Assembly: GCA_040005235.1 (NCBI GenBank)
Contig: JBDTZG010000029.1
Coordinates: 1-64,000 of the forward strand
Direction of reading: 5' to 3'
DNA: 64,000 nt
Source of the DNA: Acidobacteriota bacterium
GTDB taxonomy: Bacteria > Acidobacteriota > Thermoanaerobaculia > Multivoradales > UBA5704
Both the position numbers and the translations under genes were made by a program. Below are positions 28,736 through 37,995 of the stretch, one piece after another. Below the pieces are notes generated by a model that was not told the origin of the DNA, made no database searches, and saw only the letters and a list, made by a program, of their open reading frames with translations. Within the stretch, counting starts at the first letter, position 1. Every line of letters starts with the position of its first letter.

Positions 28736-31639
28736 ATGAAGAAGTTCCTCGCAGTCCTCGTCGTTTCGATGGTCGCCTTCGGGCTCGGCTCCGTTGCGCT
28801 CGCGCAGCAGACCGGTTCGATCGAGGGGAAAGTCACCTTGGCCGACGGCTCGGCGGTCGCCGGGGTCGCCGTCGAGGCCCGGTCCGACGTTTTGCCGCAG
28901 CCGCGCACGACGACCACGGGGCCGAACGGCGAGTATCGCCTGCCGCTGCTCCCGCCGGGCGAATATCAGATCACCTACAAGCTCGGCGACCTCGCGCCCG
29001 CCACCGAGAAGGCGCTGGTTCTCCTCCAGCAGACGACGACCCAGAACGTCACCCTCTCGCCCGAGGCGGTGACCGAGGCGATCGAGGTCGTGGCCGAAGG
29101 GGCGCCGACGATCGACACCACCTCGTCCGAGCTCAAGACCGCGATCACCGAGGGGACGATCGATGCGCTGCCGGTCGGCCAGGAATACCGCGACCTGATC
29201 AAGCTGATTCCCGGCGTTCAATACACCGAGGACAACGTGCGCGGGCCGAGCGCCGGCGGCAGCGGCCAGGACAACGCCTATCAGTTCGATGGCGTGAACG
29301 TCGCCCTCCCCCTGTTCGGCACTCTGTCGGCCGAGCCGTCGTCTCACGACATCGACCAGATCGCGATCGTCAAAGGCGGCGCCAACGCGGTCGATTTCAA
29401 TCGCTCCGGCGGCTTCACCATCAACTCGGTGAGCAAGTCGGGGACCAACAGCTTCCACGGCCAGGCGAGCTACCAGCTCCAACCCAAGAGCACCACCAGC
29501 TCGCGCGAGAAGAGCGCCAACACCTCGGCGTTCGACGACGACAAGGATTGGGCGACGCTTTCGGCGGGCGGGCCGGTGGTCCGCGATCGCCTGTTCTTCT
29601 ACGGGTCGTACTACCGGCCGACGGCGCAGCGGGAGAACACTTCGAACGCCTACGGCTCGGTGCCCGACTTCAAGAGCACCCGCGACGAATACTTCGGCAA
29701 GCTGTCGTACACGCCGCTGCCGAACGTTTCGCTCAACGGCAGCTATCGCGACTCCTCGCGCGAGAGCAAGACCGCTTCGGTGGGCTCGTTCGCCGCGGCG
29801 ACCACGGCGCTGGGCGAAGAGGCGACGCTCGGCATCGCGATTGCCGAAGGATCGTGGATCGTGAACGACAAGAGCTTCGCGAGCTTCAAGTACACCGATT
29901 TCAAGAACGAGACCTCGTCGCGACCGGATCTTCGGTTCGGCTTTTTGCCCGCCTTCGGCCAGCGCCTCGACATCGCGAACCTTGAAAACCAAGGCCTGTT
30001 CAACGTCCCGCTGCCGCTCGCCGGGCAGACGGCGTTCAACAATTTCATCGCTCCGCTGATCCAACGCTACGGCTTCGACAAGAACGGCGTGCGGACCGGC
30101 GGCGGCCAGGTCGGCGCGGGCAGCACAGAGAGCGACGACGACTTCTTCCGCCAGAGCTACCAGGCCGGCTGGAACTACCTGTTCGGCGAGAGGACGACCC
30201 ACGAAATCCATCTCGGGTACAAGTATTCGAAGGACGAGGAGGACCTGCAGCGGACCAGCAATGGCTTCGGCTCGATTACGGTTCCCGGCGGGCGTACCTC
30301 CTTCAACGGCAAGCCGATTTTCTTCGAGGCGGCGGTCGATCAGATGGGCCTCCCGGGCGGCGTGCCGCTGATCCATTCCGAGTTCGTCTCGCATAGCGTC
30401 GAGATCAACGACCAGATCCGCCTCGCCAACTGGACGTTCAACTTAGGGGTGCTCGCGAGCAACGACGTGTTCTACGGCCAGGGGCTCAAGGAGACCTCCG
30501 GCAACCTCTCCGGCTTCGCGCTGGCGCCGGGCCACAAGTACAAGATGTACGACATTGGATTCGGCGACATGATCCAGCCGCGGTTGGGCGCCACCTGGGC
30601 CTACAACGGGCGCGACACGCTGTTCGTGAACTATGCGCGCTACAACCCTGCGGCCAGCTCGTTGCCCCGCGCCGCCGCTTGGGACCGCAACCTCGCCCGC
30701 ACCATCCGCTTTTTCTTCGCCGCCGACGGCAGCTTCATCGGGAGCGACCCCCTTGCCTCTTCCTCGGGTAAGTTCTTCGACGACGACCTCGACCCGCGCC
30801 GGGTGGAGGAGTACCTGATCGGCACCTCGCGCCAGCTTTCGGCCCGCTGGGTGGGCCGGGTCCATGCCCGCTACCGCTACGCCAACAACTTCTGGGAAGA
30901 CACCAACAACGACGCCCGGATCGCGTTCAACGCCCCGGCCGGAATTCCGCACGAGCTGTACGTGCCGAACCTGCCCCAGGTGCAGCGCGAGATCGGCGGC
31001 TCCTCTTACGTGATCGCCGAGCTGGACGGAGCGTTCACCAAGTACTACGAGGCCAGCGTCGAAAGCGAGTACCGCGGCAACAAGACCTATTTCCGCGGTT
31101 CTTACGTCTGGAGCCACTACTACGGCAACTTCGACCAGGACAACTCCACGACCGACAACGATCAGGCGATCTTCGTCGGTTCCTCGAACCTCGCCGACGG
31201 CGCCGGGCGGCAGTTGTGGAATAAGAAATACGGCAACCTGCGCGGCGACCGCCGCCACCAGCTGAAGGTCTACGGCTCGTACGATCTGGGTTGGAAGGCG
31301 AGCGTGGGCGCGTTCGCGATCTACCAGTCCGGCCAACCGTGGGAGACCTGGGACGTCGAGGTCTATCGCGCTCTCACCACCAGCACGAGCGACGTGAACC
31401 GCAATGCCGAACCGGCGGGATCGCACACCACCGACGCCCACTACCAGGTCGATTTGAACTACACCCAGAACGTCTCGTTCGGCCGCTACAACGTTCAACT
31501 GCGCGCCGACCTGTTCAACGCCACGAACAATCAGACCGGCTACAACATCCAGAACCAGAAGCACTCGGCCGGGTTCGGAACGCCCAAGACGTTCTACGAT
31601 CCGAGACGGTTGCAGCTCGGGGTGAAGTTCGAGTTCTAG
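28736..31639 (+). CDS. TonB-dependent receptor, Oar-like, with carboxypeptidase-regulatory N-domain
   Basis: Signal peptide; GEYRLPLLPPGEY; SKSGTNSFHG; PRLGATW; terminal aromatic KFEF. Confidence 0.9.
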   Translation: MKKFLAVLVVSMVAFGLGSVALAQQTGSIEGKVTLADGSAVAGVAVEARSDVLPQPRTTTTGPNGEYRLPLLPPGEYQITYKLGDLAPATEKALVLLQQTTTQNVTLSPEAVTEAIEVVAEGAPTIDTTSSELKTAITEGTIDALPVGQEYRDLIKLIPGVQYTEDNVRGPSAGGSGQDNAYQFDGVNVALPLFGTLSAEPSSHDIDQIAIVKGGANAVDFNRSGGFTINSVSKSGTNSFHGQASYQLQPKSTTSSREKSANTSAFDDDKDWATLSAGGPVVRDRLFFYGSYYRPTAQRENTSNAYGSVPDFKSTRDEYFGKLSYTPLPNVSLNGSYRDSSRESKTASVGSFAAATTALGEEATLGIAIAEGSWIVNDKSFASFKYTDFKNETSSRPDLRFGFLPAFGQRLDIANLENQGLFNVPLPLAGQTAFNNFIAPLIQRYGFDKNGVRTGGGQVGAGSTESDDDFFRQSYQAGWNYLFGERTTHEIHLGYKYSKDEEDLQRTSNGFGSITVPGGRTSFNGKPIFFEAAVDQMGLPGGVPLIHSEFVSHSVEINDQIRLANWTFNLGVLASNDVFYGQGLKETSGNLSGFALAPGHKYKMYDIGFGDMIQPRLGATWAYNGRDTLFVNYARYNPAASSLPRAAAWDRNLARTIRFFFAADGSFIGSDPLASSSGKFFDDDLDPRRVEEYLIGTSRQLSARWVGRVHARYRYANNFWEDTNNDARIAFNAPAGIPHELYVPNLPQVQREIGGSSYVIAELDGAFTKYYEASVESEYRGNKTYFRGSYVWSHYYGNFDQDNSTTDNDQAIFVGSSNLADGAGRQLWNKKYGNLRGDRRHQLKVYGSYDLGWKASVGAFAIYQSGQPWETWDVEVYRALTTSTSDVNRNAEPAGSHTTDAHYQVDLNYTQNVSFGRYNVQLRADLFNATNNQTGYNIQNQKHSAGFGTPKTFYDPRRLQLGVKFEF

Positions 31640-31660
31640 CGGGTCCCTCCTCGGAGGGGA

Positions 31661-31704
31661 AAACGGCGCCCGGCCATAAGGCCGCGGCGCCGTTTCGCTT
31701 TTTT
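31661..31704 (+). terminator. Rho-independent terminator
   Basis: aaacggcgcc-cggcc...ggccg-cggcgccgttt then a T run. Confidence 0.7.
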
Positions 31705-31784
31705 GCCCGACCCTGGAATTAGATTCGCCATCGGCTTTGTTCACCTATGAAGTACGCCGCATTTCCACCCCAGGAGGTCTCCTC

Positions 31785-32687
31785 ATGTCCATCCGGCCCG
31801 TCAAGCACATCTCCCGCTCCACCCCGGCGATCGAGGGTGCGGGCGTTCACCTGCGCCGCGCGTTCGGCTTCGGCGAAACCGACGAAACCGATCCGTTCCT
31901 TCTGTTCGACGACTTCCGCAACGACCGGCCGGCCGATTACCAGGCGGGGTTTCCCTGGCATCCGCACCGGGGGATCGAGACGATCACCTACGTGCTCGCC
32001 GGCTCAGTCGATCATCGCGACTCGCTGGGCAACCAGGGCTCGCTTGGGCCGGGCGACGTTCAGTGGATGACCGCCGGCCGCGGCATCCTCCACCAGGAGA
32101 TGCCGCAGGGCGACCCGGTCGGGCGGATGCACGGCTTCCAGCTCTGGGCGAACCTCCCCTCGGCCCTCAAGATGACCGCGCCGCGCTACCAGGACGTGAC
32201 CGCGCGCGACATCCCGGAAGTCACCGACAACGACGGCACGAAGGTCCGGGTGGTCTGCGGCAATTTCTGGGGGGTGTCCGGGCCGGTCGACGGGATCGCG
32301 GCCGATCCGCGCTATCTCGATGTTTGGGTCCCGCCAGGCCAGAAGAAGACGCTGCCGGTCGAGACGACTCGCCACGCGTTCGCCTACGTCTTTGAGGGGA
32401 CGGGGAAATTCTTGAACGCCTCGGCCCCCCGTGCGGTCGCGACCGAGGATCTCGAAAGCGGTCTCGTCACGCCCAGCACCGCGGTCGAGAACCGCAATCT
32501 CGTGGTGTTCGATCGCGGCGATGAGGTCGTCGTCCAAGCGGGCGAAGAGGGGATTCGCTTTCTCCTCGTCTCCGGCAAGCCGCTCGGCGAGCCGATCGCC
32601 TGGCACGGCCCGATCGTCATGAACACTCAACGGGAGATTCAGCAGGCGCTCTCCGACCTGCGGAACGGCACGTTCCTGGGGGCATAG
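31785..32687 (+). CDS. Pirin-family protein
   Basis: DPFLLFD, HPHRGIETITY, QWMTAGRGILHQE, GPIVMNT; AGGAGG SD. Confidence 0.95.
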   Translation: MSIRPVKHISRSTPAIEGAGVHLRRAFGFGETDETDPFLLFDDFRNDRPADYQAGFPWHPHRGIETITYVLAGSVDHRDSLGNQGSLGPGDVQWMTAGRGILHQEMPQGDPVGRMHGFQLWANLPSALKMTAPRYQDVTARDIPEVTDNDGTKVRVVCGNFWGVSGPVDGIAADPRYLDVWVPPGQKKTLPVETTRHAFAYVFEGTGKFLNASAPRAVATEDLESGLVTPSTAVENRNLVVFDRGDEVVVQAGEEGIRFLLVSGKPLGEPIAWHGPIVMNTQREIQQALSDLRNGTFLGA

Positions 32688-32867
32688 TGCCGATCATCGA
32701 GACGGCCCATATATAAAGTGTATTGCGTGAGAAGGATGTAAAGATCACGCGAAACCATTCCTTCGGCGTGCGGTTTTTGGGCGGTGCGGTTACACTCCTT
32801 TCCCTCAGAAGGACAAGCTGGGGTGTAACTTCCTGGCGTCAAGCGCGCCAGGTAACGAGGAGCCGCC

Positions 32868-34040
32868 ATGTCCGATCTCATTCCTCGTTTCAACGAGCTG
32901 GGCTACTCCGCCGAGGGTGTGGAGGCGCGGCGCAGATGGATCGAGCAGAAGACCGGCGCCTCCCTCGCTCAGGTCGGCGCCTTCACCTTCCCTGCCGAGG
33001 AGATGCGCGGCAAGATCGAGAACCCGCTCGGGGCCGTGCAGATGCCGCTCGGGGCGGCCGGTCCCTTGCGGGTTTGCGGCGAGCACGCGGACGGAATCTT
33101 CTTCGTGCCGATGGCGACCACCGAGGGAGCGCTGGTTCGATCTTACGAACGCGGGTCGATGGCGGTCACCCGCGCGGGCGGCGCGCACGTTCGCCTCTAC
33201 GTCGACGAGAATCGGATCTCCCCCGTCTTCCTGTTCGCGGGAATCGCCGAGGCGGCTGCCTTTGCGCGCGAGCTGCCCGAACGGTTCGAAGCTTTGCGCG
33301 AGGAAGCCGAGGCGACCACCCGCCATGGCCGGTTGCTGCGCGTGGAGCCGCTGCCGGTAGGGCGCGAGGTGATGGTTCATTTCTGTTATTCGACCGGTGA
33401 TGCGGGTGGGATGAACATGATCGCCCGCGCGACCGACCGGGCCTGCCGTTGGCTGGTCGAGCACAGCGCCGCCTTGCGCTTCTACCTGTTCGCCGCGCTC
33501 GATTCGGAAAAGCACGCGAGCTCGTCGCTCTTTTTAGGCGGCAAGGGAAAGAAAGTGGTGGCCGGCGTTCGGCTTCCGGCCGCACTGGTCCGTACCTATC
33601 TGGGCTCCACCCCCGAGCAGATTCTGGAGCTTTGGCACACCAACGTGATCGCCCAAATGCATGCCGGTGCCTCGACCTGCAACGCTCATTTCGCCAACGG
33701 CCTCGCCGCCCTGTTCATCGCCTGCGGCCAGGATGTCGCAAACATCGTCAACGCCTCGGTGGGGATCTTGCGCTTCGACATCGAAGCGGACGGCGCGCTG
33801 TTCGCGAGCGTCACCCTCCCTTCGCTCACCGTGGCGACGATCGGCGGCGGCACCCAGCAAGGGACCTCGCGCGAATGCCTGGAGATGCTCGGATGCCTCG
33901 GAGCCGAGAAAGCTCCGCGCTTCGCCGAGATCACGGCGGCGTTCCTCCTCGCGGGCGAAATCTCCCTGATGGCCGCGATCGCCTCCGGCGAGCTTGTGGC
34001 GGCCCACGAAGCGTACGGCCGGAATCGGCCGGAGGGGTAG
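32868..34040 (+). CDS. HMG-CoA reductase (class I-like)
   Basis: IENPLG, PMATTEGALV, TGDAGGMNM, CGQDVAN, TIGGGT, C-terminal His (AAHE). Confidence 0.85.
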   Translation: MSDLIPRFNELGYSAEGVEARRRWIEQKTGASLAQVGAFTFPAEEMRGKIENPLGAVQMPLGAAGPLRVCGEHADGIFFVPMATTEGALVRSYERGSMAVTRAGGAHVRLYVDENRISPVFLFAGIAEAAAFARELPERFEALREEAEATTRHGRLLRVEPLPVGREVMVHFCYSTGDAGGMNMIARATDRACRWLVEHSAALRFYLFAALDSEKHASSSLFLGGKGKKVVAGVRLPAALVRTYLGSTPEQILELWHTNVIAQMHAGASTCNAHFANGLAALFIACGQDVANIVNASVGILRFDIEADGALFASVTLPSLTVATIGGGTQQGTSRECLEMLGCLGAEKAPRFAEITAAFLLAGEISLMAAIASGELVAAHEAYGRNRPEG

Positions 34041-34056
34041 ACTTGGCACCTCCGCG

Positions 34057-34809
34057 ATGACCGCCAACGATCTGCTCGGCTCCAGTCTCGTCTACCTTGG
34101 TCTGCTCGCCATGGCGACTGGAGGGTTCGCCGTCTTGAGGCCTCTGCGCTGGTTGCGTCTCTCCCCCCGGCGTCGAGGAGCGTTGCTGATGGGTGCGGGA
34201 TTCGTCTCTCTCCTCCTGGGGATGGCGGTCCCCGCGCCGCTCCGGCACTCCGCGGGCTCGACTCGTCTCGATCGCAGCCTGCCGGACTACCAGTTCTCCG
34301 AATTTCATGAGACTGAGGTGCAGGCCTCTTCCGCGGCGATCCATCGGGCGATCTGGCAGGTGACGGCGAGTGAAATTCGCCTCTTTCGCGTGTTCACCTG
34401 GATTCGATCTCCTCATCTCTCCGGCCGGCGGAAGCCGACGATCCTCTCGGCGCCGACTGATCGGCCGATCCTGGAGGTCGCGACCTCCTCGGGTTTCCAC
34501 CAGCTCGCCGACGAGGAAAACGAGGTCGTCGTGGGAACGGCGGTGATCGCTCCGCGGGGGCTCCGGGCGACCGGCGACCTGCGCAAGATCCCGGGGCTCG
34601 CTCTCGCGGTGATGAGCTTTCGCACCGAGCCGCTCGACGCGAACCGCTGCCGTTTGACCACCGAGACGCGCATCTTCGCGACCGACCCGACTACGTATTA
34701 CCGCTTCAAGGCGTATTGGCGGCTGATCGCGCCGGGCAGCGCGATCCTTCGCGACACCTGGCTCCAAGCGATCCGAAAGCGGGCGGAACGGCAGGCCGCG
34801 GGCCGTTAG
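34057..34809 (+). CDS. Membrane-anchored hypothetical protein (DUF2867-like C-domain)
   Basis: Two TM helices; YQFSEFHE, LTTETRI, FKAYWRLIAPGS. Confidence 0.6.
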   Translation: MTANDLLGSSLVYLGLLAMATGGFAVLRPLRWLRLSPRRRGALLMGAGFVSLLLGMAVPAPLRHSAGSTRLDRSLPDYQFSEFHETEVQASSAAIHRAIWQVTASEIRLFRVFTWIRSPHLSGRRKPTILSAPTDRPILEVATSSGFHQLADEENEVVVGTAVIAPRGLRATGDLRKIPGLALAVMSFRTEPLDANRCRLTTETRIFATDPTTYYRFKAYWRLIAPGSAILRDTWLQAIRKRAERQAAGR

Positions 34810-35969
34810 GCGCGTGGATCCGCCGGCCGGCGCCGACGTTCGACGAGCAGCCGGGGCCCGTCATGCGACTCCTTGCGGAAGCCGAGCAGGTGGCAGACGT
34901 CGAGAGCGAAGCCTCGGGCGATCCGGGTGTCGAGCCGCAGCGCGTCGGTTCGACCTTCGACGGAGCGAACGCCCGGCAGGAGCGGCAGCAGGCGGTCGAC
35001 CCGGAGCGTGCGCAGGACGGTCGAAACCCCCAGCCAAAACGGATGGACGCGGCGGACCAGAAAATACCCGTCGTCCCCCAGCTTTTGGTAGAGCGGCATG
35101 AACAGGTAGCCCCCCTCCTCGGCCCGTACGTCGCCGCCCCGGTCATGGGCGACCACGGTCCCTTTCTGGATCGGAAAGAAGTTCTTGAAGCCGGGGTTCA
35201 TCGCAAAATCGTCCTCCGGCCGGATCGCGTGGCGATGGCGCAGCTCCAGCGCCAAAGGGAGCCCCCGGGTCGATTCGAGGAGCAGCGCGCGCCGCGCGGG
35301 AAGGTCACCGACGCGCCGGGCTTCATTCTCAGTGAGGCAACCGGTGGAGACGAGGGTGAGCCAAAGAGCGGCCTCCTGGCGCGCGACCGACTCCGGCGCC
35401 TGGTGCTGCCCGGCCTCGAAGCCGATCGCGACGTGGCCGAGCTGGTTCACATAGTTGAGCAGCGTTCCTTCGAGGCTCTCTTCGAGGCCGAGGAGGATCG
35501 GCACCCCGAGCGCCTGCGCGAGCCGCCGGTTCACCCGCGAGTCCGAGACGATCGCAAACGGCGCGCTATCCGACGAGGTGGTGTGCAGATCGAGAAACAC
35601 CGCGGCTCCCGTGCGGCTACCAAGCGCCGCTTGGATTTCGCCCCCCAGCTCGACCAGCTCACGATCCTCGCCGGTCAGGTCTTCCGGGCGAGCCCCTTCG
35701 AGCGCCGCCAACCGCTCCGGCCGCCAGGCGCGATTCAGGTCGCGATCGAGAAATCTCTCGCCCCGGTTGAGCGCGGCAAGGTTGCCCGATAGACCCAAGA
35801 TCCGGCCGCGGAAGGCGGGAGCCGCAGCCTGGAGCGTTTCGAACAGACGAAGGATCGCCCGCGCGCCGGAAGGCTCGTTGCCATGCATTCCGCCGGTCGC
35901 GATCACCAACGGGCCGGGGGTTCCGGTCGAGTACGATCCGAGGACGCGGGGGAGCGGGGAGGTAAGCAT
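34806..35969 (-). CDS. Succinylglutamate desuccinylase/aspartoacylase-family (M14-like) protein
   Basis: GMHGNEPSG, RDLNR, DLHT, FEAGQH; the listed ORF is extended upstream through a repeat. Confidence 0.85.
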   Translation of the reverse strand: MLTSPLPRVLGSYSTGTPGPLVIATGGMHGNEPSGARAILRLFETLQAAAPAFRGRILGLSGNLAALNRGERFLDRDLNRAWRPERLAALEGARPEDLTGEDRELVELGGEIQAALGSRTGAAVFLDLHTTSSDSAPFAIVSDSRVNRRLAQALGVPILLGLEESLEGTLLNYVNQLGHVAIGFEAGQHQAPESVARQEAALWLTLVSTGCLTENEARRVGDLPARRALLLESTRGLPLALELRHRHAIRPEDDFAMNPGFKNFFPIQKGTVVAHDRGGDVRAEEGGYLFMPLYQKLGDDGYFLVRRVHPFWLGVSTVLRTLRVDRLLPLLPGVRSVEGRTDALRLDTRIARGFALDVCHLLGFRKESHDGPRLLVERRRRPADPRA

Positions 35970-36027
35970 TTCGCGAGAGTCTACTGGCAGGAGAGTCAGG
36001 AAGAGCCCACGCTGGTGCGTCGTGGGC

Positions 36028-36281
36028 GTAGAGACGTCCCCAGGACCCAACCACCGCCCTATCCGGGTGCAAGGCTGTCGGGGCGTCTCCTGAACGCGCA
36101 CCGACCTATCCGGATACACGGCCTTCGGGGCTTCCGAAAGGCGCAACGACCTGATCAGGTGTGAACATGACCTGCGATATTGGGTTCTGTGGCGTTGGCT
36201 GTTCGCCCGGTGCAGAGAGGAGACGCCCCGACAGCCTTGCACCCGGATAGGGCGGTGGTTAGGTACTGGGGACGTCTCTAC
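36028..36281. repeat. REPIN/MITE-like element with 64-bp terminal inverted repeats
   Basis: 36028-36091 and 36218-36281 are reverse complements with 2 mismatches; both begin GTAGAGACG. Confidence 0.85.
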
Positions 36282-36429
36282 CTCCGCGTAGGAGGCGATC
36301 GGTTTGTCCTGCGGCCATCTCCCGCCCGCAACCTTCCCCCGCCCCCTGTCGTACCATCCCCCCGAGGCTTTACGCCCTTTTGGCCCGGGCTGTCCGGTCC
36401 TCGTCCCGAACCTTCCCAAGGAGAACCGC

Positions 36430-37962
36430 ATGACCCGTAAGTCCCTCGTCTTAGCCGCCCTGCTGCTGGTTTCAACCGCCGTGGTTCGCGCGGAGGAGAT
36501 GTCCGCCAAGGCGGGCGATGGCAAGCCCAAGGCGGAGATTCCGAAGTCCGAACAGTCGGTGACCCAGCACAGTCTAGTGATCGACGGCAAATCGATCGCC
36601 TATACCGCGACGGCGGGGACGTTGATCGTCCGGAACGCGAAGGATGAGCCGGCTGCGAGCATCGGCTATACCGCCTACGTCAAGAAAGATGGGGACGTGA
36701 CGAACCGGCCGATCACGTTCGCCTATAACGGCGGCCCAGGCTCGTCGTCGCTTTGGCTGCACATGGGGGCGCTCGGACCTCGGCGGGTGGTGACGGCCGA
36801 TTCCGGTCCGACCCCGCCGCCGCCGTACGACGTGGTCGACAACAACTGGAGCGTGATCGACAAGACCGACCTGGTGATGATCGACCCCGTGGGCACCGGC
36901 TTGAGCCATGCGGTGGGGGAGAGCAAGGACAAGGACTTCTGGGGCGTCGATCAGGACATCGAATCGGTCAGCCGGTTCATCAAGGAGTACGTTTCGACCA
37001 ACGGACGCTGGCGCTCGCCGAAGTTCCTGCTCGGCGAGAGCTACGGCTCGACCCGTTCGGGCGGCATCGCCAAGTACCTCGAAACCAACGAGAACATGGG
37101 CCTGAACGGCGTGATCCTGGTCTCGGTGGCGCTCGACATCGAAGCGATCTTCGCCTGGCCGGGCAACGACCGGCCCTATCCGCTGATCCTGCCGACCTTC
37201 ACGGCCGTCGCCGCGGTGCACAAGGCGTTGCCGAACCCGCCGGACTCGATCGAAACGCTGCTTACCGAGGTCCGCGCGTTTGCGCTTGGCGAATACTCGG
37301 CGGCGCTCGCCAAGGGGGATCGTTTGGGCGATGCCGAGCGCGACGCCCTGGCCGAGAAGCTCCACCGCTATACGGGCCTGTCGGCCGAGTTCTGGAAGCG
37401 CGCGAACCTCCGGGTGCGGGAGTCGCAGTTCTGCCAGGAGCTGCTGCGCGAGCATCACGAGGTGGTCGGCCGGCTCGATGGCCGGTTCCTCGGCCGCTCC
37501 TACGATTCACTGGCCGAAGAGGCGGATTACGACCCTCAGTCGGCGGCGATCTCCGCCGCGTTCACCTCGGCGTTCCTCGACTATCTGCACAACGACCTCA
37601 AGTTCGGCGACGGCAAGACCTACAGAGTGTCCAACGACGAAATCGCCGGTTCGTGGGACTGGAAGCACAACTCCGGCTGGTTCGTCGCGTCGCCCACCCC
37701 GAACACCGGCTTGGATCTCGGCCAGGCGATGATCTACAACCCGAACCTGCGCCTGCTGGTGCTCAATGGGCTCTACGATCTTGCGACCCCGTTCTTTGCG
37801 ACCGAGTCGATGATCGACCACCTCGGCCTGCCCGCCGATCTGCGCTCGCACGTCGAGATGAAATACTACCCGGCGGGCCACATGATGTATCTGCACGAGC
37901 CGTCGCTCAAAGCTTGGAAAGCGGATATCGCCGCCTTCATCGACCACGCGACCCACAAGTAG
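36430..37962 (+). CDS. S10-family serine carboxypeptidase, secreted
   Basis: NGGPGSSS, DPVGTG, GESYG (Ser), DLATP, AGHMMY; AAGGAG SD. Confidence 0.93.
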   Translation: MTRKSLVLAALLLVSTAVVRAEEMSAKAGDGKPKAEIPKSEQSVTQHSLVIDGKSIAYTATAGTLIVRNAKDEPAASIGYTAYVKKDGDVTNRPITFAYNGGPGSSSLWLHMGALGPRRVVTADSGPTPPPPYDVVDNNWSVIDKTDLVMIDPVGTGLSHAVGESKDKDFWGVDQDIESVSRFIKEYVSTNGRWRSPKFLLGESYGSTRSGGIAKYLETNENMGLNGVILVSVALDIEAIFAWPGNDRPYPLILPTFTAVAAVHKALPNPPDSIETLLTEVRAFALGEYSAALAKGDRLGDAERDALAEKLHRYTGLSAEFWKRANLRVRESQFCQELLREHHEVVGRLDGRFLGRSYDSLAEEADYDPQSAAISAAFTSAFLDYLHNDLKFGDGKTYRVSNDEIAGSWDWKHNSGWFVASPTPNTGLDLGQAMIYNPNLRLLVLNGLYDLATPFFATESMIDHLGLPADLRSHVEMKYYPAGHMMYLHEPSLKAWKADIAAFIDHATHK

Positions 37963-37995
37963 GGCCGCAAGATCCTTGGCGCGCCGGCTCGATGT

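Noticed and set aside
25675-29985. 1436-aa plus-strand ORF, and similar long shadows such as 27488-30394, 3951-6311 and 36753-39383
   Set aside because: Arg/Pro/Gly-rich off-frame or antisense shadows of well-supported genes; expected at high GC
34806-36590. 594-aa extended version of the desuccinylase-family ORF
   Set aside because: The extension runs through the inverted-repeat element and the divergent S10 gene; the real start is likely 35969
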